The notes under the pieces are model-generated. The model worked only from the letters and a program-made list of their open reading frames with translations, did not search any database and was not told the origin of the DNA. Shown piece after piece: positions 1 through 9,200 of a stretch of DNA of 64,000 nucleotides. The translations under genes and the position numbers were made by a program. Where the stretch lies: contig JBAYKL010000001.1 of the NCBI GenBank assembly GCA_041664585.1, positions 4,592 through 68,591 of the forward strand, read 5' to 3'. Source of the DNA: Minisyncoccota bacterium. GTDB lineage: Bacteria > Patescibacteriota > Minisyncoccia > Phycocordibacterales > GWA1-40-21. Every line of letters begins with the position of its first letter. Positions within the stretch are counted from its first letter, which is position 1.

Positions 1-510
1 GAGGGTTTGTTAAAACACGAATCGCCAAAAGGAAGAATGAGAATAATTAAAGGAATTAAAGATACTACAGTAATAGATGACACATACAATTCTTCTCCTG
101 TGGCTTTGGAAGCGGCATTGGGTATATTAAAGGATATTGAAACTAAAGGTAGAAAAATTGCTGTCCTTGGGGATATGATGGAGCTTGGTAAACATTCTGT
201 AGAAGAACATTATGAAGCTGGTAAGAAAGCTGCTGAATCTTGTGATATTTTAATAACAGTAGGTATTAGATCTAGAAAAATGGTAGAAGGTGCTTTGGAT
301 TCAAAGATGAGTGAATTAAACATTTTCCAATTTGAAAATTCTTTAGAGGCGGGAAAGGCTTTACAAGATATTTTAAAGAAAGGAGATATTATTCTCATAA
401 AAGGTTCACAGTCTACTCGTATGGAACGTGCTGTGGAGGAAGTGATGGCAGAGCCAGAAAAGGCGAGTGAAATTTTGGTGAGGCAAGAAGAGGAGTGGAA
501 GAAGAGGTAA
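1..510 (+). CDS. murF: UDP-MurNAc-tripeptide:D-Ala-D-Ala ligase, C-terminal part (5' truncated by window)
   Basis: Mur ligase motifs IDDTYNSSP, AVLGDMMELG, LIKGSQSTRME; frame open from position 1. Confidence 0.9.
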   Translation, partial: EGLLKHESPKGRMRIIKGIKDTTVIDDTYNSSPVALEAALGILKDIETKGRKIAVLGDMMELGKHSVEEHYEAGKKAAESCDILITVGIRSRKMVEGALDSKMSELNIFQFENSLEAGKALQDILKKGDIILIKGSQSTRMERAVEEVMAEPEKASEILVRQEEEWKKR

Positions 511-512
511 AG

Positions 513-541
513 AAAAACCCGGTGTGATGCCGGGTTTTTTT
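513..541. terminator. bidirectional intrinsic terminator
   Basis: AAAAACCCGG-TGTGATG-CCGGGTTTTTT between convergent genes. Confidence 0.8.
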
Positions 542-548
542 GAGCGTG

Positions 549-965
549 TTATTTGTGAAGTATCTCCCCACGAAAAATCAATGCTCCGGTTTGTATTTTT
601 GATAGCTTGCCTCTTCCCGGAACCATTTCGGGCCATGATTTGTCGGCCCGGAACGTTCCACCAACAAGAACGTCCCAAACGAAGAGTGTTTTTTGGACTC
701 TTATTTTTAGGATGGTCAGGTTATTGGATGTTGAGATATTTTTCATTTCCAATCCTTCCATAAAACCTGATTCTTCCAGGGTTAAGTTTTGGAAACCACC
801 TGTGATGGAAACAGGGAAATGGAATCTTGCTTTTTTGATTACCGGGTTAGCGTGATTTCTGAGATACAGATCAAGTTCCGCTTGCGTCATGTGTTTCCAC
901 ACGTTGGTCACATTTTCAACCTTGTATTTTCTCATCAACCAGGAAATAAAATCTAGACTATTCAT
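549..965 (-). CDS. hypothetical protein (accessory cassette)
   Basis: Open frame; ATG at 965 preceded by GAAAGG; TTGACA on the minus strand at 1051-1056; no recognisable motif. Confidence 0.6.
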   Translation of the reverse strand: MNSLDFISWLMRKYKVENVTNVWKHMTQAELDLYLRNHANPVIKKARFHFPVSITGGFQNLTLEESGFMEGLEMKNISTSNNLTILKIRVQKTLFVWDVLVGGTFRADKSWPEMVPGRGKLSKIQTGALIFRGEILHK

Positions 966-1077
966 TTTGGTAAACCTTTCAATTTTTCCCAAAGCATCAT
1001 GCTTTGGGTATTACAATTCCGTTATGACATTAACACGATATAATATGGATTGTCAATTATTTTAAATATAAATATTA

Positions 1078-2418
1078 ATGCAAAAAGATATTATTGATGA
1101 TAAAGTATATAATCATATGAGAAATGATATTGTATATGAAGGTGCTGATCAACTTACTTATGAAATAAGAGAGATAGTAAACGTTGCACAGAAAATTGAA
1201 AAAACCGGCATTAATATTTCTTGGGAAAATATTGGTGATCCTGTTGCTAAGGGAGAAAAGATTCCGCAATGGATTAAGGATATTGTCGCGGAAACTATCA
1301 AGGATGACGCTAGTTTTGCCTATTCTCCGACAAGGGGTTTATTGTCTACACGTGAATATATCGCCAAGGAAAGAAACCTTGAAGGCGGAATACAGATAAC
1401 TGCAGATAATATTTTATTTTTTAATGGTCTTGGTGATGCTATTTCAAAGGTTTACACATACCTTAATTCTAAGGCTAGAGTTATAGGTCCTAACCCAGCT
1501 TATTCTACTCATTCTTCTGCTGAAGCTGGTCATGCTGATTCTCCTCATATTACATATAAACTAGATCCAAATAACCACTGGTATCCAGATTTAAAAGATT
1601 TGAGAGAAAAGATTGAGACTAGCAAAGATATTAGTGGAATCTTAATAATAAATCCAGATAATCCAACAGGTATGGTTTATCCGGAAGAGGTTCTTAAGCA
1701 GATAATTGAGATAGCTCGTGAATTTAAATTGTTTATTATTTCTGACGAAATATATTCCAACCTTTGCTATGGTGGGATTCAACATAAAAAACTAGCTTCT
1801 GTAATAGGTGATGTACCTGGACTTGCAATGCGTGGAATATCAAAGGAATTCCCTTGGCCTGGTTCTAGGTGCGGTTGGGTAGAATTTTATAATTGCGATA
1901 AAGATGAAAGTTTTGCTCAATACGCGAAGACTCTTTTAGATGCAAAGATGTTAGAGGTTTGTTCTACAACTTTACCCCAAAAAGTTTTACCAAAAGTTAT
2001 GGGTGACCCAAGATATTATCCATATCTTATGGAACGTAATTCTGTATATCAAAAAAGATCTGAAGTTGCTTATAATATATTTTCAAAAATCCCAGAATTA
2101 ATTGTTCATAAACCAAATGGAGCTTTCTACATGACTGTTGTTTTTAAGGACGGTGTCTTGAATTCAGAACAAAAATTAGAACCGGCGAATACAGAAGCAG
2201 GAAGGATTGTAGAAGAGATATCTAAAACAGGTAAATTAGACAAAAGATTCGTATACCAGCTTTTGGCTTCTCGAGGTATCTGCGTTGTACCCCTTTCTTC
2301 TGGTTTTAATTCCAATCTTTACGGTTTTCGTATAACTTTGCTTGAACCAGATGAGAATACTTTTATTAAGATTATCGAAACCATTTCTGAGGCGGTAATC
2401 GAATATGTTTCTAGATAA
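1078..2418 (+). CDS. PLP-dependent aminotransferase class I/II (AlaA/AspC-like)
   Basis: NIGDP, INPDNPTG, SDEIY, GISKEFPWPGSRCGW (PLP lysine), GAFY motifs. Confidence 0.9.
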   Translation: MQKDIIDDKVYNHMRNDIVYEGADQLTYEIREIVNVAQKIEKTGINISWENIGDPVAKGEKIPQWIKDIVAETIKDDASFAYSPTRGLLSTREYIAKERNLEGGIQITADNILFFNGLGDAISKVYTYLNSKARVIGPNPAYSTHSSAEAGHADSPHITYKLDPNNHWYPDLKDLREKIETSKDISGILIINPDNPTGMVYPEEVLKQIIEIAREFKLFIISDEIYSNLCYGGIQHKKLASVIGDVPGLAMRGISKEFPWPGSRCGWVEFYNCDKDESFAQYAKTLLDAKMLEVCSTTLPQKVLPKVMGDPRYYPYLMERNSVYQKRSEVAYNIFSKIPELIVHKPNGAFYMTVVFKDGVLNSEQKLEPANTEAGRIVEEISKTGKLDKRFVYQLLASRGICVVPLSSGFNSNLYGFRITLLEPDENTFIKIIETISEAVIEYVSR

Positions 2419-3620
2419 TGAAAATACAAAAGGAAAAATTAATCATAATACTTACGGTTTTAATAGATGTTCTTGGCATGGGGATTGTTATTCCTGTTAT
2501 GCCTTTTTATTTACAAAGCTTTGGTGCGTCACCTCTTACTATTACAATGCTTTTTTCTGTTTTTTCTTTATGTGCATTTTTAAGTTCGCCCATGCTTGGG
2601 GCTTTGTCTGACAAAGTAGGGAGAAGACCAGTTTTGCTAATAAGTATACTAAGTACAGCCATTGGTTGGTTTGTTTTTGCTTCCACAAATGTTTTGTGGA
2701 TTTTGTTTTTAGGAAGAATTATTGATGGGCTTGCTGCCGGTAATATTCCAACCGCTCAAAGTTATTTGTCTGACTTGTCTAAGACAGACAAAGAAAGATC
2801 AGCAAATCTTGGTATGATTGGTGCAATATTTGGTATTGGATTTATTGTTGGCCCAGCCATAGGAGCCGTTCTTGCTACTATTTCCACAGCTTTTCCTTTT
2901 TGGTTTGTTGGCGTGCTCGCGACAATCAATGTAATAGCCGCATATTTCTTTTTACCCGAGAGTCATCATAATAGGAATCATGATTTAAAAATTAGCTTAA
3001 ATCCAGTTCTCCCAATAGCCAGAGCCTTTAAGGACGAAAAACTTAACTCAAGATATTTAGCATGGTTTCTATATGGTATGGGGCTAGCTGCTCAACAAGC
3101 CATCTTTGCTTTATATCTAAATTATCGTTTTGGTTTTACAGCTGCTATTACTGGATATATTATGACAGCCATGGGTGTGGCTTTAGTTGTAAATCAAGGA
3201 TTTTTATTAAAAAACTTTTGGTTGAAGAAATTTAAAGAATCAACAATTGAAGTCTGGTTTTTCCTAGTAGCTGCTATTTCTTTTTTGATTTTGACTGTAC
3301 CAAGTTTTGTAATTTTTTCTATAGGTTTGATTATTATGATTACGACTCAGTCTGTTATTCGTGTAGTTATGTCTAGCAGAGCTGCTGGTATTGCCGGGCA
3401 TCAAAGAAGGGGAGAAGTAATGGGTATAATGTCGTCTGTACTTTCTGCCTCGATGGTTATTGGACCGCTTGTTGCAGGATTACTTTTTCAGACACATAAA
3501 TTGATGCCATTTATTTTTGCAGCGTTTTCTATTTTCTTAGCTTTTGTTGTTATGAAAAGAAGTCATAAAGAACCGGAGGATAAATATGAAGAATTGCCAT
3601 CTGTGCCTGAGGCGTTGTAA
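2418..3620 (+). CDS. MFS efflux transporter (TetA/DHA1 family)
   Basis: About 12 hydrophobic segments; motif A GALSDKVGRRPVL; GRIIDG; GFIVGPAIG (motif C). Confidence 0.9.
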   Translation: MKIQKEKLIIILTVLIDVLGMGIVIPVMPFYLQSFGASPLTITMLFSVFSLCAFLSSPMLGALSDKVGRRPVLLISILSTAIGWFVFASTNVLWILFLGRIIDGLAAGNIPTAQSYLSDLSKTDKERSANLGMIGAIFGIGFIVGPAIGAVLATISTAFPFWFVGVLATINVIAAYFFLPESHHNRNHDLKISLNPVLPIARAFKDEKLNSRYLAWFLYGMGLAAQQAIFALYLNYRFGFTAAITGYIMTAMGVALVVNQGFLLKNFWLKKFKESTIEVWFFLVAAISFLILTVPSFVIFSIGLIIMITTQSVIRVVMSSRAAGIAGHQRRGEVMGIMSSVLSASMVIGPLVAGLLFQTHKLMPFIFAAFSIFLAFVVMKRSHKEPEDKYEELPSVPEAL

Positions 3621-3622
3621 AT

Positions 3623-3651
3623 AAAAAACCAGCGAATTACTCGCTGGCTTT
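3623..3651. terminator. terminator hairpin between MFS and ndk
   Basis: AAAAAA-CCAGCGA-ATTAC-TCGCTGG-CTTT. Confidence 0.65.
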
Positions 3652-3665
3652 GGTGATCCTTAATC

Positions 3666-4070
3666 TTAGAAAAAGATCGATATTTCTCTCTTAGAAGATT
3701 TTTCGTCAAAAGAAGCGTGGACAGCATTTTCTCTGTTGTTTGTCCCGAACCTCTTTCGTATAGTACCCTCTTCGGCTTGAGCAGGGTTGGTGTTGCCATT
3801 AATTTTTCTTACAACTTGTATGGCATCTTCACCTTCAAGAATGAAAGCTAATGTCATACCTTTTGTCATGAAATTAATTAATGGTTCATAGAAATATTGA
3901 CCCTTATGCTCTTCATACAACTTCTCTGCTTGTTGCAAAGTCATCGGATGAAGTATTTTTCTTTTTACCATTTTTAAGCCGAGACTTTCATATATTTTGA
4001 TGATACGTATCCACGTATTATCATCTCTCCTCATCACGTCGTCTTTAATAAGAACTAAAGTTTGTTGCAC
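3666..4070 (-). CDS. ndk: nucleoside diphosphate kinase
   Basis: TLVLIKDD, LYEEHKGQYFY, GTIR, NAVHAS (phospho-His); GGAGG SD before GTG. Confidence 0.9.
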   Translation of the reverse strand: MQQTLVLIKDDVMRRDDNTWIRIIKIYESLGLKMVKRKILHPMTLQQAEKLYEEHKGQYFYEPLINFMTKGMTLAFILEGEDAIQVVRKINGNTNPAQAEEGTIRKRFGTNNRENAVHASFDEKSSKREISIFF

Positions 4071-4134
4071 TTTGCACCTCCATTTCTGTGAGGGATATTA
4101 CTATTTTTAAATAGAAATGTAAATGTTTTATGCC

Positions 4135-4163
4135 TTGCAAGCTTGCATTATATGATTTATAAT
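4135..4163 (+). promoter_or_regulatory. sigma70 promoter of the trp leader
   Basis: TTGCAA (4135-4140), 17 nt spacer, TATAAT (4158-4163). Confidence 0.75.
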
Positions 4164-4169
4164 CAGTAT

Positions 4170-4229
4170 ATGTTAATGAAAGTTAATTATATTAACAAGA
4201 TTTGGTGGACAGCTCACATAAGTGGGTAG
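4170..4229 (+). CDS. trpL: Trp leader peptide MLMKVNYINKIWWTAHISG
   Basis: 19-codon ORF with tandem TGG TGG at 4203-4208, directly upstream of trpB; absent from the ORF track. Confidence 0.8.
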   Translation: MLMKVNYINKIWWTAHISG

Positions 4230-4298
4230 TCTTTTGTTGTATTAATTATCTCTAAAATAATAACAAATTATACCCACGAACAGTGGGTTTTTGTATTT
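4212..4298 (+). promoter_or_regulatory. transcription attenuator (1:2 protector, 2:3 antiterminator, 3:4 terminator)
   Basis: GCTCAC/GTGGGT (4212-4227); GTGGGTA (4222-4228) complementary to TACCCAC (4271-4277); ACCCAC-GAACA-GTGGGT followed by a T-run (4272-4292). Confidence 0.8.
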
Positions 4299-4406
4299 TA
4301 TAAAGTTAATCATGGAAAAGTTTATTTTTAAAAGTCATTGTAATGAGTTTTGGCGACAAAATATTTTTGTCGGTTTTTAGATTATTACTTATTAAATATA
4401 AATTAT

Positions 4407-5609
4407 ATGAAAACAAAAACATTAAAAAATTTACCAAATGAGAATGGATATTATGGAAAATTCGGAGGAAGCTTTATACCTCCACAATTAGTAGAACCGT
4501 TAAAAGAAATAGAGACGGAGTATTTGAGAGCAAAACACGATCCTGTTTTCCAGAGAGAGTATTTAGATTTACTGAAAAATTATGTTGGTAGGCCATCTCC
4601 ATTGTATTTTGCGAAAAATTTAACAGAAAAGTTGGGTGGAGCAAAAATATATCTTAAGCGCGAAGATTTGAATCATACTGGTGCTCATAAAATTAATCAT
4701 TGTATTGGAGAAGTTTTACTTGCAAAAAGAATGGGTAAGAAAAAAGTCCTTGCAGAAACAGGGGCTGGGCAACATGGTGTTGCATTAGCAACGGCCGCTG
4801 CTTTATTGGGGCTTGAGTGCGAAATACACATGGGTTCAATCGATATAAAAAAGGAACACCCTAATGTTATTCGTATGAAATTATTGGGGGCTAAGGTGGT
4901 TGAGGTTAGTACTGGTGGCAGATGTCTTAAGGACGCGGTTGATAGTGCCTTTGCTACGTTTATGAAAGAATACGAAACTACGTTCTTTGCTATCGGGTCT
5001 GTGGTTGGGCCTCATCCATATCCTATGATAGTTAGGGACTTTCAGTCTATTGTTGGTAGGGAAGCTAAGGAACAGATTTTGCTACAAGAAAAAAGATTAC
5101 CAGATTATATAATAGGTTGTGTCGGCGGCGGTTCTAATTCAATAGGACTATTTCATGAATTTCTAGATGATGATGTTAATCTTATCGGTGTAGAACCAGC
5201 TGGAAGAGGATCTGGTATTGGAGAACATGCAGCAACTATTACTTTTGGTACCGAAGGTGTGATTCATGGAATGAAAACAATTGTCTTGCAAAATAAAGAT
5301 GGTGAGCCAGATCCAGTCCACTCTATTGCTTCTGGATTAGATTATCCTGGAGTTGGACCCATTCATGCATATCTAAAGAGTATTGGAAGAGTTGAATACA
5401 CTTCTGCTTCAGATGACGAAACAATCAAAGCCTTCCTGGATTTATCAAAAATCGAAGGAATTATTCCGGCCCTTGAAAGTGCTCATGCAGTAGCATATGC
5501 AATTAAATTAGCCCCGACATTGAGTAAGGATAAAATAATAGTGGTTAATCTTTCTGGTAGAGGGGATAAGGATATCGATTATGTTGCTAAGTTATTAAAA
5601 ATAGAATAA
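4407..5609 (+). CDS. trpB: tryptophan synthase beta subunit (stand-alone)
   Basis: [48 protein letters not shown]; ATG 4407 preferred over TTG 4350. Confidence 0.95.
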   Translation: MKTKTLKNLPNENGYYGKFGGSFIPPQLVEPLKEIETEYLRAKHDPVFQREYLDLLKNYVGRPSPLYFAKNLTEKLGGAKIYLKREDLNHTGAHKINHCIGEVLLAKRMGKKKVLAETGAGQHGVALATAAALLGLECEIHMGSIDIKKEHPNVIRMKLLGAKVVEVSTGGRCLKDAVDSAFATFMKEYETTFFAIGSVVGPHPYPMIVRDFQSIVGREAKEQILLQEKRLPDYIIGCVGGGSNSIGLFHEFLDDDVNLIGVEPAGRGSGIGEHAATITFGTEGVIHGMKTIVLQNKDGEPDPVHSIASGLDYPGVGPIHAYLKSIGRVEYTSASDDETIKAFLDLSKIEGIIPALESAHAVAYAIKLAPTLSKDKIIVVNLSGRGDKDIDYVAKLLKIE

Positions 5610-5635
5610 GACTATTATTTAGTAATAAAAATATT

Positions 5636-5669
5636 ATACAAAAACAGCCTATTGTGGCTGTTTTTGTAT
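5636..5669. terminator. terminator after trpB
   Basis: ATACAAAAACAGCC-TATTGT-GGCTGTTTTTGTAT. Confidence 0.75.
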
Positions 5670-5776
5670 GTTGTAAAATGGTGATGTTACGGGGAATCTA
5701 ACTATATATTCTCAAAGCATTCCTTTTTTAAAATGGTATTTTTTACAGATATAGTGTATAATGGTACATATATATT

Positions 5777-6436
5777 ATGGAAAGCAAGAAAAACCTAAAA
5801 TCAGAACATTTGAAGTTTGCGGTGCTCGCGGTGGATGCCGTTTGTTTTAGAGTGAAAGAAGGCGTTTTAGAACTTCTTTTGGGAAAAATTGGTTCGGACA
5901 ATAATATCTATAAGGGCCAGTGGGCACATATTGGCGGTCTGATATATTCAGAAGAGACGGCAGATCAGTCTGTGGATAGGCTTTTGGGAGACAAGGGGGG
6001 AATAAAAAATATTCACCGGGAGCAACTATATACATTTAGCGATATTGACCGTGATCCGCGCGGGCGCGTGGTCTCTGTGGCTTATATTGCACTTACAAAC
6101 AATGATGATATTCAAAATAAAAATGACGCAGAGTTGGAAACAAAATGGTGTCCGCTGAGTAATTTACCCAAGCTAGCTTATGATCATAATGAGATCACTA
6201 AAGTGGCTGTGGAGAGATTAAGATCAAAAATCATTTATACAGATATAGCCAAATATTTTATGCCAACAGAATTCACATTGTCCGAATTGCAAAAAGTGTA
6301 TGAGGCTGTGCTGGGGGAGGGGATGGACAAGAGAAATTTTCGAAAAAGAATTATTTCCTTAAATTTACTTAAGAATACAAAAAAGACTGTGAAGAAAGGT
6401 GTGATGCGTCCTGCCACTCTGTATACTTTTAAATAA
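5777..6436 (+). CDS. nrtR: NrtR-family regulator (degenerate Nudix + winged HTH)
   Basis: EQLYTF...RDPRGRVVSVAY, LAYDH, FTLSELQKVYE, DKRNFRK, RPATLY; adjacent to NAD salvage genes. Confidence 0.9.
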   Translation: MESKKNLKSEHLKFAVLAVDAVCFRVKEGVLELLLGKIGSDNNIYKGQWAHIGGLIYSEETADQSVDRLLGDKGGIKNIHREQLYTFSDIDRDPRGRVVSVAYIALTNNDDIQNKNDAELETKWCPLSNLPKLAYDHNEITKVAVERLRSKIIYTDIAKYFMPTEFTLSELQKVYEAVLGEGMDKRNFRKRIISLNLLKNTKKTVKKGVMRPATLYTFK

Positions 6437-6484
6437 TTTTATATTTCATAGGGTCATTCATTAGCTCTTAATAAGGGGTATATT

Positions 6485-6581
6485 TAGTGTATATTTGACA
6501 CTAGTTATAAAAGTGTGGTCTATATATAGTGTAGCATTGACACTAGGTATCGTGTGGGTATATAGTGTATCTAGAACAATA
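6485..6581 (+). promoter_or_regulatory. three tandem NrtR-type operators overlapping -35/-10 elements
   Basis: TAGTGT-N7-ACACTA at 6485-6503 and 6527-6545; degenerate TAGTGT-N7-ACAATA at 6563-6581; all have the GT-N7-AC core; TTGACA lies inside the first two. Confidence 0.8.
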
Positions 6582-6616
6582 TCTAGTTCTTTAACAATAA
6601 AACACGAGGGGGAAAT

Positions 6617-7531
6617 ATGAAAAAGAAAATCGGGATCGTTGTTGGAAGGTTTCAGACGCCGTATCTCCACGAGGGGCACATACACCTTTTGGACACTGCA
6701 CAAACCTTGAGTGAGAGGACTCTAGTAGTCCTCGGAGTAAGTAGTGGGTCGCCGAGTATAAGCAACCCGATGGATTTTGAAACACGGGCAGCGATGCTCA
6801 AGTTTCAGTATCCTGACGTAATGGTTGTTCCTTTGAGGGACATATTCAGTGACAAGGTCTGGTCCGAGCGGCTGGACGCGCTGATTGAGGAGTATAGCGA
6901 TGGTGGCGAGATCACTTTGTTTGGTTCGCGGGATAGCTTCAAAAGTTTCTACAGCGGAAAGTACCCGTTTCAAGAAATCAAAGAGAAGGTTGTCTGTAAT
7001 GCAACCGAAATACGCCGGCAGGAAGCGGATGGTATTCGCAACTCACCAGACTTCAGACGCGGTGTCATGTACGCCGTTACAAAACAAGTGTATCCGATCT
7101 CATATCAAACGGTTGATGTGGTGATCAGACACACTCTGGAGAACAAGGTGATCGTCGGTCGGAAGCTGGGCGAAAGCGCTTGGCGATTTCCGGGAGGGTT
7201 TGTAGATCCGAAGGATCAAAGCCTAGAACTTGCGGCCAAACGAGAGGTGGGGGAAGAAGTCGGCGATGTTGAGATAGACGATGTGAAATACATAGGCTCA
7301 ATACGGGTTGATGATTATCGCTATCGTAAATCGCAACACAAGATTATGACCGCGCTTTTCACGGCTGCATATGTTTGCGGTTCGTTGGAAGCAGGAGATG
7401 ATCTTGAGGAGGTTCGCTGGCAGGACGTTGATGGGCTCATGAGTTGCCTCGTTGAGGTGCATAAACCTCTGGGCGAGGCGTATCTAAAACATATCGGAAA
7501 GTATGAAATAAACAACAGAAAGGAAAGCTAA
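6617..7531 (+). CDS. nadM: bifunctional NMN adenylyltransferase / ADP-ribose Nudix hydrolase
   Basis: GRFQTPYLHEGH (HxGH), NATEIR, Nudix box PGGFVDPKDQSLELAAKREVGEEVG. Confidence 0.88.
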   Translation: MKKKIGIVVGRFQTPYLHEGHIHLLDTAQTLSERTLVVLGVSSGSPSISNPMDFETRAAMLKFQYPDVMVVPLRDIFSDKVWSERLDALIEEYSDGGEITLFGSRDSFKSFYSGKYPFQEIKEKVVCNATEIRRQEADGIRNSPDFRRGVMYAVTKQVYPISYQTVDVVIRHTLENKVIVGRKLGESAWRFPGGFVDPKDQSLELAAKREVGEEVGDVEIDDVKYIGSIRVDDYRYRKSQHKIMTALFTAAYVCGSLEAGDDLEEVRWQDVDGLMSCLVEVHKPLGEAYLKHIGKYEINNRKES

Positions 7532-7533
7532 AC

Positions 7534-8919
7534 ATGAACATTCAGTCAAATATTCTTCTAATGACGGACAGCTACAAGGTAAGTCACTACAAGCAGTATC
7601 CAGCCAAGACAAATCGGGTTCTCTCGTTCTTTGAGAGCCGCGGCGGCAGATACGGTGGGGTTCTCTTCTTCGGTCTGCAGTATCTGATCAAGAAGTACCT
7701 CGAGGGCCAGGTGGTTACCGAGGAAAAGATTCAAGAAGCTAAGGAAGTCTTTCAGGCTCACTTTGGCAACCAGAGTCTTTTCAACGAAGCAGGCTGGCGC
7801 CATATTCTTCAAGAGCATGGTGGAAGACTGCCGATCGAGATCAAGGCGGTGCCTGAAGGAACACTGGTTCCGGTGTCGAACGTGCTGGTTACAGTTGTTA
7901 ATACTGATCCAGCAGTGCCGTGGCTTACGAATTACGTGGAGACTTTGCTGGTCCAGTTGTGGTATCCCACGACAGTGGCCACACAGAGCTACTTCATGCG
8001 ACAGACCATTCTGCAATACCTGGAAGAAACGGGAACGCCTGGAGATATAGACTTCAAGCTTCACGATTTCGGGTATCGCGGCAGCACGACGGTGGAGTCT
8101 GCTGGAATTGGTGGGGTGGCTCACCTGGTCAACTTCAAGGGCACAGACACGATTGAGTCACTCGTGGTCGCTAAGCGCTATTATGGCGAGGCGATGGCGG
8201 GTTTCTCGATTCCGGCGGCAGAGCACAGCACGATTACTTCTTGGGGTCGAAACCGCGAGGTAGACGCTTACGAGAATATGCTGACTCAGTATCCGGACGG
8301 GCCGGTGGCGGTGGTGAGCGACAGCTTTAACATCTTCGAGGCATGCGAAAAGCTTTGGGGTGGAAAGCTTCGGCAAAAGGTATTAGCGCGCAACGGCGTG
8401 CTAGTCATCCGGCCAGACAGCGGAGATCCACTTCAGGTTTTGCCCAAGGTGCTTGGCATCCTGGGTGAAAAATTTGGATACACCGTGAACCTGAAAGGGT
8501 ACAAGGTGCTAAGTCCGAAGGTTCGCTTGATTCAGGGTGATGGAATCAATTATGAGAGCGTTGGGGAGATCCTCGAAGCTCTCAAGCAGGCCGGATGGTC
8601 CGCTGATAACATCGCCTTTGGTTCGGGTGGCGGCCTGTTGCAGATGCTCAATCGCGATACGCAGAAGTTTGCTTTCAAGTGCTGCGCTATCGAGATCGAT
8701 GGTGTCTGGTCTGATGTCATGAAAGATCCGGTCACGGATAGTGGTAAACGCTCGAAGGCTGGTCGGCTTGCACTGGTCCTGGACGGCAAAACGTATCAAA
8801 CAGTGAAGGAGGATGAAATAGGAGTGAGAGCTGATCTTCTTATTCCGGTCTTTCGGAACGGGAAGCTCCTCGTGGATCAGAAGTTTGCGGATATCCGCAA
8901 ACGGGCTCTCGTCGGTTAG
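7534..8919 (+). CDS. nadV: nicotinamide phosphoribosyltransferase
   Basis: TDSYKVSHYKQYP, KLHDFGYRG, SIPAAEHS, IRPDSGDP, QGDG, FGSGGGLLQ. Confidence 0.95.
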   Translation: MNIQSNILLMTDSYKVSHYKQYPAKTNRVLSFFESRGGRYGGVLFFGLQYLIKKYLEGQVVTEEKIQEAKEVFQAHFGNQSLFNEAGWRHILQEHGGRLPIEIKAVPEGTLVPVSNVLVTVVNTDPAVPWLTNYVETLLVQLWYPTTVATQSYFMRQTILQYLEETGTPGDIDFKLHDFGYRGSTTVESAGIGGVAHLVNFKGTDTIESLVVAKRYYGEAMAGFSIPAAEHSTITSWGRNREVDAYENMLTQYPDGPVAVVSDSFNIFEACEKLWGGKLRQKVLARNGVLVIRPDSGDPLQVLPKVLGILGEKFGYTVNLKGYKVLSPKVRLIQGDGINYESVGEILEALKQAGWSADNIAFGSGGGLLQMLNRDTQKFAFKCCAIEIDGVWSDVMKDPVTDSGKRSKAGRLALVLDGKTYQTVKEDEIGVRADLLIPVFRNGKLLVDQKFADIRKRALVG

Positions 8920-8937
8920 ATGGATGATGAGGGTAGC

Positions 8938-8969
8938 AACAGGTGTCACGCAAGTGGCACCTGTTTTTT
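8938..8969 (+). terminator. terminator after nadV
   Basis: AACAGGTGTCAC-GCAA-GTGGCACCTGTT followed by a T-run. Confidence 0.85.
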
Positions 8970-9077
8970 ATTTTTTAATATTATTTATTAATTTCATAAA
9001 TGGTTAAATATATAAAAGAGTTAAGAACTGCTTATATTTTGTAAAATACAATAATAATGTTATATTAATTTCGCATT

Positions 9078-9149
9078 GGCCCCATCGTCTAACGGTTAGG
9101 ACGAAGCCTTCTCAAGGCTTAAATCGGAGTTCGATTCTCCGTGGGGTCA
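9078..9149 (+). tRNA. tRNA-Glu (anticodon CTC); CCA not encoded
   Basis: Acceptor GGCCCCA/TGGGGTC, D-arm GTCT..GGAC, anticodon arm AAGCC-TTCTCAA-GGCTT, T-arm CGGAG-TTCGATT-CTCCG. Confidence 0.95.
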
Positions 9150-9155
9150 CCCGAT

Positions 9156-9188
9156 AAAAATACCAGAGTAATTCCCTGGTATTTTTTT
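9156..9188 (+). terminator. terminator after tRNA
   Basis: AAAAATACCAG-AGTAATTCC-CTGGTATTTTT. Confidence 0.75.
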
Positions 9189-9200
9189 GTTGTGGGGGCT

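Noticed and set aside
4350-4406. N-terminal extension of TrpB from TTG 4350
   Set aside because: Low-complexity AT-rich translation; homology-like sequence begins after ATG 4407
6485-6581. Regularly spaced repeats as a mini-CRISPR
   Set aside because: Only three 19-bp palindromes with short, mutually similar linkers, no cas genes, and a match to the NrtR operator core
6722-8949. Several long antisense/alternate-frame ORFs inside nadM and nadV
   Set aside because: Shadow ORFs expected from the higher GC content; no motifs or start signals, and they overlap well-supported genes
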